The notes under the pieces: generated by a model
Database searches by the model: none
What the model was told of the DNA's origin: nothing
What the model saw: the letters and a program-made list of their open reading frames with translations, nothing else
Program-made: the position numbers and the translations under genes
Virus record (IMG/VR): IMGVR_UViG_3300025674_000014
DNA length: 64,000 nt
Direction: 5' to 3' (one strand)
From: a virus
Lineage: Duplodnaviria; Caudoviricetes
Shown here: positions 1 to 7,683 of the stretch, piece by piece
Layout of the letters: each line of letters begins with the position of its first letter
Numbering within the stretch: position 1 is the stretch's first letter

Positions 1-352
1 TGTCAAGAAAGGATGAAATAAAATCGTTATAACTAACGCTATGCTCTTCAGCATACTTTTCAAACTCATCACCTAAAGTAATGGCATCGCCCTGGTAAAC
101 AATAATCTCTTTTTTAATCATATCATTCCAGACTTCTACAGCAGTCTTATCAAATATACGCCATTCATTCATCAACCCTTTATCTTTAGTCCAATTGAAC
201 TTGGCTAGCTGCACATAATCATCTTGTTCACTAATGACATATTCTATCTCGCGGTCGTCAAAGTCATTAATTGATCGAATAAAATGTTCTTCTTCTCTAA
301 TCATTATCATATCGTTTTTTATGTTAAGGTTATTATAGTATGGACTAGTCAT
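1..352 (-). CDS. Hypothetical acidic protein, 3'-truncated by the window edge
   Basis: Hand translation from ATG 352 stays open to base 1 (MTSPYYNNLNIKNDMIMIREEEHF...FISSFLD). Not in the ORF track. True start may be ATG 310. Confidence 0.7.
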   Translation of the reverse strand, partial: MTSPYYNNLNIKNDMIMIREEEHFIRSINDFDDREIEYVISEQDDYVQLAKFNWTKDKGLMNEWRIFDKTAVEVWNDMIKKEIIVYQGDAITLGDEFEKYAEEHSVSYNDFISSFLD

Positions 353-353
353 A

Positions 354-590
354 TTACCAATACTTTCTTGCATCAGGGTTAGATTCATTATCATTATACC
401 CTTGCCAATATTCACACAATTCTTGTTCTTTCATATCATCAGCCTTTACTAAAGTACTACTATATGTGTCGCCTTCATAATAATGCGGTTGTGGGGTACG
501 ACCGTACCAACTATCTGCTGCTCCCCTATCATATGGGCTACCGTGCCCGCGATCCAAACGACATTTTCCTCTATCAGTTCTCATCATCAA
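354..590 (-). CDS. Small conserved phage protein (HGSPYDRGAADSWYGR type)
   Basis: Pattern HGxPxDRGxADSxY...PHYY...YxxGYxxNE...KxW recalled as a common phage hypothetical family. Confidence 0.7.
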   Translation of the reverse strand: MMMRTDRGKCRLDRGHGSPYDRGAADSWYGRTPQPHYYEGDTYSSTLVKADDMKEQELCEYWQGYNDNESNPDARKYW

Positions 591-849
591 TATCTTTCAA
601 ACAATCTAATTCAATACCCCAAACACGCATACTATATTCCAAAAACTCATAAAACTTCTCTTCGCCAAAATAACCTCTCATCTCATTCACAATATTATAA
701 TCACCTAATGCTTGGGGTAACAATCCGCGTTCTTCCATCTCATACAATACATCATCAATATCATAACTAACTTTCGGTACTTCATAAGTCATTTTAGTCT
801 TACCTAACACAACATCATTCTTGAATCCATTAAATAATAACACACTCAT
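574..849 (-). CDS. Hypothetical early protein
   Basis: 91-aa acidic ORF; SD-like AAGGA upstream; co-oriented with neighbours. Confidence 0.7.
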   Translation of the reverse strand: MSVLLFNGFKNDVVLGKTKMTYEVPKVSYDIDDVLYEMEERGLLPQALGDYNIVNEMRGYFGEEKFYEFLEYSMRVWGIELDCLKDIDDEN

Positions 850-864
850 AATATTTCCTTTCTA

Positions 865-1083
865 TTAGTCTTTGATGTACTCGTAAATATCTTCAACAAC
901 TTCTAACAATAGTTCAGATACTGCAGAAGCTTTAGTATTAGACATATACTGAATCTTGTCAATCATATGACGAATCTTATTGATATTAGTATCTAATTCT
1001 AGAATCGGGTCCATATCACCATTTTTTGACGCTTCTGTATGATTATCAATCGTCATTACTATCGTTTTTGTATCTATTATCAT
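865..1083 (-). CDS. Hypothetical early protein, copy 2 of a tandem duplicate (MIIDTKTI...)
   Basis: Start moved to ATG 1083, downstream of the promoter at 1097-1125; paralogue of 1155..1397. Confidence 0.8.
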   Translation of the reverse strand: MIIDTKTIVMTIDNHTEASKNGDMDPILELDTNINKIRHMIDKIQYMSNTKASAVSELLLEVVEDIYEYIKD

Positions 1084-1096
1084 ATCTGCTTCTATT

Positions 1097-1125
1097 ATTA
1101 TATGCTCGTTCCGTATATCACTCAA
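1097..1125 (-). promoter_or_regulatory. Sigma70-type early promoter TTGAGT-N17-TATAAT with conserved spacer
   Basis: Reverse complement TTGAGT gatatacggaacgagca TATAAT. Confidence 0.85.
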
Positions 1126-1154
1126 CTGTTTTTTCGGAAAAAGATCCGTTGTCA

Positions 1155-1397
1155 CTACAATGATCGCAAGAACCCGTTTCTTTCTTTAATGTAATCGTAC
1201 ATATCCTCTACAACATTAAGTAACAATTCAGATACTCCTGATGCTTTGGTATTAGACATGTATTGAATCCTGTCAATCATATGACGAATCTTATTCATAT
1301 TACAATCTAATTCTATAATATGATCCATGTCACCATTTGCTGACGCTTCTGTATGATTATCAATAGCTGTCTGAATTGTTTTTGTATCTATTATCAT
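1155..1397 (-). CDS. Hypothetical early protein, copy 1 of a tandem duplicate
   Basis: Start moved to ATG 1397; AGGAG SD at 1403-1407; promoter at 1411-1439. Confidence 0.8.
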   Translation of the reverse strand: MIIDTKTIQTAIDNHTEASANGDMDHIIELDCNMNKIRHMIDRIQYMSNTKASGVSELLLNVVEDMYDYIKERNGFLRSL

Positions 1398-1410
1398 ATC
1401 TGCTCCTATT

Positions 1411-1439
1411 ATTATATGCTCGTTCCGTATATTGATCAA
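1411..1439 (-). promoter_or_regulatory. Sigma70-type early promoter TTGATC-N17-TATAAT
   Basis: Reverse complement TTGATC aatatacggaacgagca TATAAT. Confidence 0.85.
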
Positions 1440-1714
1440 CTGTTTTTATCTGCTTGAATCTCAACCATATACATGCCATGATTAAACATAAAATTGCGCA
1501 TGGCAACTAAATCATCAGCTAGCTTGTCTAATGCATCTGCATAATATTTCTTGTCAAGACTATCCAAATTATCATCACGCATGGATTCAATATTGCCAGA
1601 CATTCTTCCAATAATTTCAGCAAGCATGCCTGTAGGGTAAAAATATCTATCTGATGTATGATCTTCAATCAATTTGTTCATAGCTGGTTCGTAACCTTTC
1701 CAATATGTGCTCAT
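1436..1714 (-). CDS. Hypothetical early protein
   Basis: 92-aa ORF ending QADKNS; its 3' end overlaps the -35 of the next promoter. Confidence 0.75.
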   Translation of the reverse strand: MSTYWKGYEPAMNKLIEDHTSDRYFYPTGMLAEIIGRMSGNIESMRDDNLDSLDKKYYADALDKLADDLVAMRNFMFNHGMYMVEIQADKNS

Positions 1715-1718
1715 ATTA

Positions 1719-1904
1719 TTATTCTACAATTGTACCATCCTCGTATTGCAAATAAGGAATCAATTTCCAATTTTCTACTCTATTCTTGGCAATGCCTTGA
1801 TAGATAAGGTCAACCCATTCATTCAATATAAGCTTCTGCATATCTTCTGAATAAGATTTGATGTTCTTACGCATTTCTAATATTAATTCTGCTCCACTTG
1901 TCAT
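1719..1904 (-). CDS. Hypothetical early protein
   Basis: AAGGAG SD at 1910-1915 and promoter at 1918-1946. Confidence 0.75.
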   Translation of the reverse strand: MTSGAELILEMRKNIKSYSEDMQKLILNEWVDLIYQGIAKNRVENWKLIPYLQYEDGTIVE

Positions 1905-1917
1905 AATTGCTCCTTAT

Positions 1918-1946
1918 ATTATAGGCTCGTTCCGTATATCAATCAA
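1918..1946 (-). promoter_or_regulatory. Sigma70-type early promoter TTGATT-N17-TATAAT
   Basis: Reverse complement TTGATT gatatacggaacgagcc TATAAT. Confidence 0.85.
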
Positions 1947-2085
1947 ATGTTTTTTTATCTGCTTGCTCTTCAACATGTTCGAAAGCAAGCTCGTCTAGAT
2001 AGTTGTTGTATTCAGCTTGAAAGCGTTCGCACGCAAAGACTTCTTCACAACTAATATCAGCAAACTTAATAATCTCATCTTGCAT
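1939..2085 (-). CDS. 48-aa acidic early peptide, likely leaderless
   Basis: Hand translation MQDEIIKFADISCEEVFACERFQAEYNNYLDELAFEHVEEQADKKTFD; ATG 6 nt after TATAAT. Confidence 0.7.
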   Translation of the reverse strand: MQDEIIKFADISCEEVFACERFQAEYNNYLDELAFEHVEEQADKKTFD

Positions 2086-2091
2086 ACATAC

Positions 2092-2120
2092 ATTATATGC
2101 TCGTTCCTTATAATCATCAA
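2092..2120 (-). promoter_or_regulatory. Sigma70-type early promoter TTGATG-N17-TATAAT
   Basis: Reverse complement TTGATG attataaggaacgagca TATAAT. Confidence 0.8.
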
Positions 2121-2134
2121 CTAAAAGATTGATG

Positions 2135-2161
2135 TTGATTCAATAGAGAGAGTGATATAAT
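2135..2161 (+). promoter_or_regulatory. Divergent promoter with extended -10 (TGnTATAAT) for the micropeptide operon
   Basis: TTGATT caatagagagagtga TATAAT, then ATG 7 nt later; the 15-nt spacer is short. Confidence 0.6.
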
Positions 2162-2168
2162 TGAGTGA

Positions 2169-2297
2169 ATGAATAAGTACAAAATAGGTTTAGGTGATGA
2201 AAGGTTCACCCCTGGAAGATGGTTTGGTGAAATTATATTAACTTTACTTACAATTTATACTATTCATTTATTCCTAGTAGTGTATGAAATTATATAG
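2169..2297 (+). CDS. 42-aa membrane micropeptide
   Basis: MNKYKIGLGDERFTPGRWFGEIILTLLTIYTIHLFLVVYEII (hand translation). Confidence 0.6.
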   Translation: MNKYKIGLGDERFTPGRWFGEIILTLLTIYTIHLFLVVYEII

Positions 2298-2364
2298 TTT
2301 TGGTGTGGTAGTTTTAAAAATTGAGATAATCTATCTAATGTATCTCTATTTCACTAGATATTAA
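2284..2364 (+). CDS. 26-aa hydrophobic micropeptide
   Basis: MKLYSFGVVVLKIEIIYLMYLYFTRY; overlaps the previous ORF. Confidence 0.4.
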   Translation: MKLYSFGVVVLKIEIIYLMYLYFTRY

Positions 2365-2365
2365 T

Positions 2366-2443
2366 ATGACAGAAGATTTAGTTATAATTATATTTGGCAT
2401 TGTGGCTTTGATTTGGGTTGGATCAAAATTCTTAAATGATTGA
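2366..2443 (+). CDS. 25-aa single-TM micropeptide
   Basis: MTEDLVIIIFGIVALIWVGSKFLND; starts 1 nt after the previous stop. Confidence 0.6.
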   Translation: MTEDLVIIIFGIVALIWVGSKFLND

Positions 2444-2444
2444 T

Positions 2445-2534
2445 ATGGACAATACAACCCTAACTCTAGTAAAGTTTGCTTTGCCTATGTTTAGTTTGTT
2501 TGTATTATACTTAGCAATTAATAGACAACAATGA
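2445..2534 (+). CDS. 29-aa single-TM micropeptide
   Basis: MDNTTLTLVKFALPMFSLFVLYLAINRQQ; ATGA-coupled to the next ORF. Confidence 0.6.
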   Translation: MDNTTLTLVKFALPMFSLFVLYLAINRQQ

Positions 2535-2725
2535 CTCAAATATTACTCCTCATCATATGTGCTTTAGCCTTTCTAGTCCTTTTAGTTGTGACTGGAGGCT
2601 TTTACTTTTTATGTTTAGCTTTTTATTTCATAGTTGATTTGATTAAGAGGCTACCTAACATTTATAAGGTGGCAATTATCTCAGCTATCATAGCCTCTAT
2701 AGCATATTACATGACTATACGTTGA
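2531..2725 (+). CDS. Small membrane protein (2 hydrophobic segments)
   Basis: 64-aa highly hydrophobic ORF. Confidence 0.7.
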   Translation: MTQILLLIICALAFLVLLVVTGGFYFLCLAFYFIVDLIKRLPNIYKVAIISAIIASIAYYMTIR

Positions 2726-2796
2726 AGCACCCCTCAGAGAGCCATACAAAAATAATATCCTCAAGGTAATAATATATGTGACGTATTAAATATATA

Positions 2797-3384
2797 ATGA
2801 TGTCTGAAGCTTACACATTAACAACAATAGTAAATCCTTATGGGGATGGAGTAAGTTATAATAAAATTATAAAATTTGACTCTAACTTATACACACAAAG
2901 TACATTTGTTTTTACTAAAGAAAATATGAGTGCATTAGTATGTAGAGATATGTACCATAACTGCAGTATAGAAATATTAACTCCTGACATCAGTGTTGAT
3001 GATGTTTCTTCTACATTTTTATCCGGACAAGATATAGAAATGTTATTAGATGGTAATCAAAAATATTTTCTATTTCATTCTTTAGATAAAGTAGTTTATC
3101 AATTATCTTTATTAGGAGCAACTAATAAGTTTCAACAATACATTTACGATAAATTTAATGAAAGTTATATAAAAAATATAGATTTTATATTAATAAAAGA
3201 AAATAATTATAAAAACTTTAATAGTATGTTTATTGATTTTAATAATTCTGAAGATAGTATAATTTTTGGGGCTAGTCCGTATTGTTATTGTAAATATGAT
3301 AGCAATATGTTAGACATTTTTAATACAAACTCTGATAGTGAAGCTGCTGATATTATTGGAGATGTAACTATTATTAGAAATTAA
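2797..3384 (+). CDS. Hypothetical protein
   Basis: 195-aa ORF; TAAATA at 2787-2792. Confidence 0.75.
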   Translation: MMSEAYTLTTIVNPYGDGVSYNKIIKFDSNLYTQSTFVFTKENMSALVCRDMYHNCSIEILTPDISVDDVSSTFLSGQDIEMLLDGNQKYFLFHSLDKVVYQLSLLGATNKFQQYIYDKFNESYIKNIDFILIKENNYKNFNSMFIDFNNSEDSIIFGASPYCYCKYDSNMLDIFNTNSDSEAADIIGDVTIIRN

Positions 3385-3393
3385 ATAATTACT

Positions 3394-4605
3394 ATGTCTG
3401 ACTTAGACAATAAGTTAATCTTCGAAGCTTACTCTAACAACTTGTTAATAGAACAATTGTTAAACCCTAAAGAAATGTTATCAGATATTGAAAATATATT
3501 TAGTGGTGGTGATGCAACAATGGTGATAAGGTATTTACCTGCTAAATTTAAAAATGCTTTAGGAAAGATAGCAGCTAAATCTATTCTTCAATGGCTTAAT
3601 TCTGTACCTGAACAAGATTATTATGATACTAATTTTGATTTATTATCAAACACACAATTAATGGAATTTAGTGAAAGATTCCAGAACATAGGTAAAACTT
3701 TAAACGATTTAAAAAGAGAAGGTGAATGGGCTTGGAATGATGATGAAGAGAAAAAGAAAAACTTCGAACAAAAATATAAAATGCCTCATCCCAGAAATTT
3801 ACCTGATTGGATGTATGAAGAAGGTACTACAAAGTTAAGAGAAGACCTTTATAAATATTTCTCATATAAATTACTAAAAGCCTCATTAAGAGATAGAGTT
3901 GCTGATGAAATTTATAGTCTGTGGAATTCAATATTATCGAAGAAGTATGATAGTGATGAGTGGCCGTATAGTGATCATTTAATGCATGCTATAGATTTTC
4001 TTACTGATTATAGATTGAATGAAAGAATTGCTCAAAGGTCGGGAATAAGATATGCTCATAGTCAAGAAGGTGTCTTAGAATACTTTTTAAAACAACCTGT
4101 TGAACAAAGACTAATTAAAATGAGTAGGGATTATGACAAGGTTTTAAAAGCAATAGAAGGACCTAAAGATCTTGAAAATGCTAAAAAGATTTATGATGAC
4201 CCTAAAAAAGCTAGACTAATAAAAGATTATGGTAATGGATGGAAATGGGTACAATTATTAGATAATGATGCTTGTCAGATATCTGGTGATCTTATGGATC
4301 ATTGTGTTGGGGGGTATGACCCACTTCACCCTACTAGTAGAATTCTACAACTAGTCGGACCAGATGGTGATGGTCATGCTACCATACAGTTAGCCATTAA
4401 CCTCCCAAAGGGACCGGTTAATGAAGTTGTTCAAATTAAAGGTAAAAAGAATTCTAGATTAAAGCCAGAATATGAAAGAATGGTTAAAGATTTATTGACA
4501 TCATATAAAGATAAACCTTTAACTACAAAGCTAAAAAGCATAAAAGGCGGTGTAATAGACTATCCAGCACCAGTAGAACAACCAACTAGTTACTCTTACA
4601 AATAA
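3394..4605 (+). CDS. PcfJ-like domain protein, candidate internal head protein
   Basis: C-terminal MDHCVGGY...ATIQL...VVQIKGKKN PcfJ-like motif; N-terminal LIFE/A processing-like site; late motif at 3382-3387. Confidence 0.65.
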   Translation: MSDLDNKLIFEAYSNNLLIEQLLNPKEMLSDIENIFSGGDATMVIRYLPAKFKNALGKIAAKSILQWLNSVPEQDYYDTNFDLLSNTQLMEFSERFQNIGKTLNDLKREGEWAWNDDEEKKKNFEQKYKMPHPRNLPDWMYEEGTTKLREDLYKYFSYKLLKASLRDRVADEIYSLWNSILSKKYDSDEWPYSDHLMHAIDFLTDYRLNERIAQRSGIRYAHSQEGVLEYFLKQPVEQRLIKMSRDYDKVLKAIEGPKDLENAKKIYDDPKKARLIKDYGNGWKWVQLLDNDACQISGDLMDHCVGGYDPLHPTSRILQLVGPDGDGHATIQLAINLPKGPVNEVVQIKGKKNSRLKPEYERMVKDLLTSYKDKPLTTKLKSIKGGVIDYPAPVEQPTSYSYK

Positions 4606-4613
4606 ATATATAT

Positions 4614-5705
4614 ATGTCAGACTTAGATGACAAATTAATAATCGAAGCTATGAGCAGAAGAGGCTTTCTAGATACACTAGGTAAAGCAGCTGCTGCAGCA
4701 GGACTTAGTCCTAAATTACCTATTCCAAACTTTAGTGATGACGAAGATGACGACGATGACGATGATGATTATGAAGGAGATGACTGGACTGATGTGGAAG
4801 GTCATGATATTGAAGACTGGATTAACGATAATGTATTAGATTATACTATTGATCAGGCAATTGGAGATTCTAAAATATCAAACTCTTTAGTAGATAAAAT
4901 ACAAAAGATAGTATCAGATATAATAGGCTCTGGTGAGGATATTTCTAATGATTTGATGGTTATATTTTCTAAACAATTAAATGATGAAATGAGTAGAGGA
5001 AAACGTTTTTATGAAACTATTGAAGATCCAGAATTTGTAGAGTTAATGATCGCAAATATGACTAAAGCTATACATAACCAGCTTGACTTAAAACAAGTCA
5101 TAGCTAAGGCTGCTGCTAGAGAGTTAAAAGGAGATAAGCCTGAAGATATATTAAAGGATGTTGATGCTGAATTTGAAGCTAAATTAGAAGCTGATTGGTA
5201 TAAGCGAAATTACCCAATCAAATACTCTAAGTTTGATACTGCAGGAGGAACTAAAGAGTATAATTATACTGCAGATAGTTATATTATGAGCAATAAAGAT
5301 GGTAAGATGTTATCAGAGGCTTATCTAAATGAAATAGCATTTGCTAAGAATGTAAATTACAATGATGACGATAGAGTGAAAGATACATTACATGATGTAG
5401 CAGATAGAAAAGATAAGAAGAAATGGAAATTTGATCCTCTTAACCCTGAATCTAAAGATGGTTATCATGAAGAAGGAGAAGAGTCTTTGAAGAAAGTTAT
5501 TGATAAAACATTTGCTTTAAATCTTCCAGGATTAGATGAACTTAATGAAGACATAGCTCATTTAGATATGTTTGTATCATATGATAGAAAAGTATTTAAA
5601 CTTCTTAAAATTACAGGTCTCAATCAATACAGAGTAATGGGTACATATACCGATTCTTCTGAACTCAGAAGAGATATAAGATCTATTCAATTAGAAAACC
5701 TATAA
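4614..5705 (+). CDS. Acidic candidate internal head protein with a twin-arginine-like motif
   Basis: N-terminus MSDLDDKLIIEA-MSRRGFL; poly-Asp tract; internal MLSEAYLNEIA; late motif at 4603-4608. Confidence 0.6.
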   Translation: MSDLDDKLIIEAMSRRGFLDTLGKAAAAAGLSPKLPIPNFSDDEDDDDDDDDYEGDDWTDVEGHDIEDWINDNVLDYTIDQAIGDSKISNSLVDKIQKIVSDIIGSGEDISNDLMVIFSKQLNDEMSRGKRFYETIEDPEFVELMIANMTKAIHNQLDLKQVIAKAAARELKGDKPEDILKDVDAEFEAKLEADWYKRNYPIKYSKFDTAGGTKEYNYTADSYIMSNKDGKMLSEAYLNEIAFAKNVNYNDDDRVKDTLHDVADRKDKKKWKFDPLNPESKDGYHEEGEESLKKVIDKTFALNLPGLDELNEDIAHLDMFVSYDRKVFKLLKITGLNQYRVMGTYTDSSELRRDIRSIQLENL

Positions 5706-5782
5706 TGGACTTAGCAGGAACAATCATACTATTTCTGTCTATTGGGTTAATTATGTATATGGTTCATAAAGAGAATAAATAA
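5705..5782 (+). CDS. 25-aa single-TM micropeptide
   Basis: MDLAGTIILFLSIGLIMYMVHKENK; TAATG-coupled to the upstream gene and fills the intergenic gap. Confidence 0.6.
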   Translation: MDLAGTIILFLSIGLIMYMVHKENK

Positions 5783-5790
5783 TATTAACA

Positions 5791-6741
5791 ATGATTCCTT
5801 TCAAAAAATTCTATATTTCAGAAAAGAAAGAAAATTACGGTCGATACAAATATAAATTAATGAATCGATTACGTGAAAATTCAGATGAAAATCTTCAACG
5901 AATCATTAATGGTATGTCCGGAAGAGCTTCTGTTCTAAGCTTTCCTTTTGATTACAATTTTGAAAGTAATATTTTAAAAAATTATAATGGGCCATCTGCA
6001 TTAGATGTATATTCAGCAGAAAGATTAAGACCTCAATCTAAAGAAGAAGATGTAGAAAGGTTAAGGGTAAATAAAGCAAGAAAATTCATACGAAGTCATC
6101 CAGGAAGTAGAGTATTTTTTCCTGCTGAATATGTAAGATATCAAGGATACGAAACTGGAAGATTATGGCCAGGGGAGATTGTTAAAATAGCTTCTAAAGA
6201 TGTAGATGTAGCTGACGTTCTTAATGGTAAATATGGATTTGTTAACGCTGACCAATATGGTTATAGATGCGGAGTGTTATCATATTGCGGTTATGTAGCT
6301 GCAGAAAATTCAATGAATAAACTTCCAGAATGTGATATTATAGATTTAGATTATGTAACTGGTCCTTCTTTTAAAATGATGATGCAAATAAGAAAAGCAT
6401 ACAAATATTTAAAACAAGGAGGTCTTTTAATGACAGGTATTAATTTAAGAGATTTTAGATCAGGGGAATCTAATAGAGATAGAAATATGTTTAAAATGTA
6501 TACACCTAGATCTTATAGAACTATAGGTGGTAAAAGTTTTGATGTACCAGAACAACAACAAAGAGAATTTGGAATATCATATAAAGATTCATTTGATGAT
6601 TATAATAACATTACATTTAACATTCTTAATATGTTAAAAGATGATCTTAATGTGCCTTTAAAACCTATATATGTTAATCATTATAGAGGAGGGACTACAA
6701 ATAAAGGACACGCTATGCTTAGACTAGGATTTACGAAATGA
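5791..6741 (+). CDS. Hypothetical protein, possibly a class I SAM-methyltransferase-like fold, with a CTS-like N-terminus
   Basis: MIPFKKFYISE N-terminus; CDIIDLDY...KYLKQGGLLMTG resembles the MTase beta4-beta5 region. Confidence 0.45.
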   Translation: MIPFKKFYISEKKENYGRYKYKLMNRLRENSDENLQRIINGMSGRASVLSFPFDYNFESNILKNYNGPSALDVYSAERLRPQSKEEDVERLRVNKARKFIRSHPGSRVFFPAEYVRYQGYETGRLWPGEIVKIASKDVDVADVLNGKYGFVNADQYGYRCGVLSYCGYVAAENSMNKLPECDIIDLDYVTGPSFKMMMQIRKAYKYLKQGGLLMTGINLRDFRSGESNRDRNMFKMYTPRSYRTIGGKSFDVPEQQQREFGISYKDSFDDYNNITFNILNMLKDDLNVPLKPIYVNHYRGGTTNKGHAMLRLGFTK

Positions 6742-7277
6742 TTATAAAGGAAACATTTGATTCATCTTATACTATATCTCATGGTGTTGAATATGATCCA
6801 CCTGATATGTATGCATATGAATTTGATACTGGCTCTAATCAAGATGGTGTTAGACATGGGAATAGTGATGGGTCTAAGTACGTAGTTAATTTTGAGAAAT
6901 CATCATTATCTGATATACCAGGTGAAAATAGAGGAACATATCACTTTCAATTTTCTCAAGAATATGAAGATGCTCATGAAGCTGATTTTCCATCTGATGA
7001 ACGCAACTATGATATAACAGGATCAGGAAATGAATTTAAAGTATTCGGTACAGTTATTAATACAGTAAGAATATTTTTAAACGAATTAAAAGGTGAGTTA
7101 AAAAAAATAATTTTTACTGCAGAAAAAAGCAAACCATCAAGAGTAAGATTATATAATAGGTTAGTTAAAACTCTATCAAAAAGTAATAATTTTAATTACC
7201 ACATTAAAGAGGGTAATAAATTAGTAACTTACTATCTATATCCAATGACATTTAAAAACGAATATGAAAGACTTTAA
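6738..7277 (+). CDS. Conserved large-phage hypothetical domain (TGSGNEFKVFGTV...SRVRLYNRL)
   Basis: Motif recalled from many T4-like and jumbo phage proteins; ATGA coupling. Confidence 0.55.
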   Translation: MIIKETFDSSYTISHGVEYDPPDMYAYEFDTGSNQDGVRHGNSDGSKYVVNFEKSSLSDIPGENRGTYHFQFSQEYEDAHEADFPSDERNYDITGSGNEFKVFGTVINTVRIFLNELKGELKKIIFTAEKSKPSRVRLYNRLVKTLSKSNNFNYHIKEGNKLVTYYLYPMTFKNEYERL

Positions 7278-7683
7278 TCAATTTTTTAACGAATCAGTAA
7301 TCGTAAGAGATAAAAAAGAATTCTTACGCAAACTTATTGCTTACACAGATAAAGTGCAGGGGGTACTTAGTATGGGTCAGAAAGAATTAGGACCAACAAT
7401 AGAAAAAGAAGCTATAGGAGGAGAAAGAGAAGGTAGAGGTCTAGTTGTACAAGGTCCTGATTTGACAATTTATTTTGCTAAAATTGGAACCGGTAAAATT
7501 AAAAAGGTACCTGGAAAGGAGAAGCAAGCATATTTTGATCAATATGGAAACCCTGTAATGGAAAAAGAGCCTACAGAGCATGGAGATGTTATTGTTGCAT
7601 TTAAGGACATAAAAGGTAACTTTACTCAAGTATATATTATACCTGATTCAGATCTGGATTGGATTAAAGATCACTTTAGCTAA
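7264..7683 (+). CDS. Candidate internal head protein
   Basis: N-terminus MKDFNQFFNE resembles the T4 capsid-targeting sequence. Confidence 0.55.
   Translation: MKDFNQFFNESVIVRDKKEFLRKLIAYTDKVQGVLSMGQKELGPTIEKEAIGGEREGRGLVVQGPDLTIYFAKIGTGKIKKVPGKEKQAYFDQYGNPVMEKEPTEHGDVIVAFKDIKGNFTQVYIIPDSDLDWIKDHFS

Larger units (their letters stand above)
870..1448. repeat. Imperfect tandem direct repeat of a promoter+gene unit (about 870-1135 and 1175-1448)
   Basis: Shared blocks such as aatcatatgacgaatcttatt, tgacgcttctgtatgattatcaat, tttttgtatctattatcatatctgct and tatgctcgttccgtatat. Confidence 0.9.

Noticed and set aside
1-8. TTGACA on the minus strand at the left edge as a -35 element
   Set aside because: Any -10 would lie outside the window, and the hexamer is inside an open frame, so it cannot be evaluated.
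464-770. Plus-strand ORFs 464..652 and 483..770
   Set aside because: Antisense to well-supported minus-strand genes, with no promoter or recognisable motif.
1084-1155. ORF-track N-terminal extensions (MTTDLFPK..., MINIRNEH..., MRAFSCL..., MSIDYCN..., MYLIHIH...)
   Set aside because: They run through promoter elements or the upstream gene. Downstream ATGs fit the promoter spacing and the paralogue alignments.
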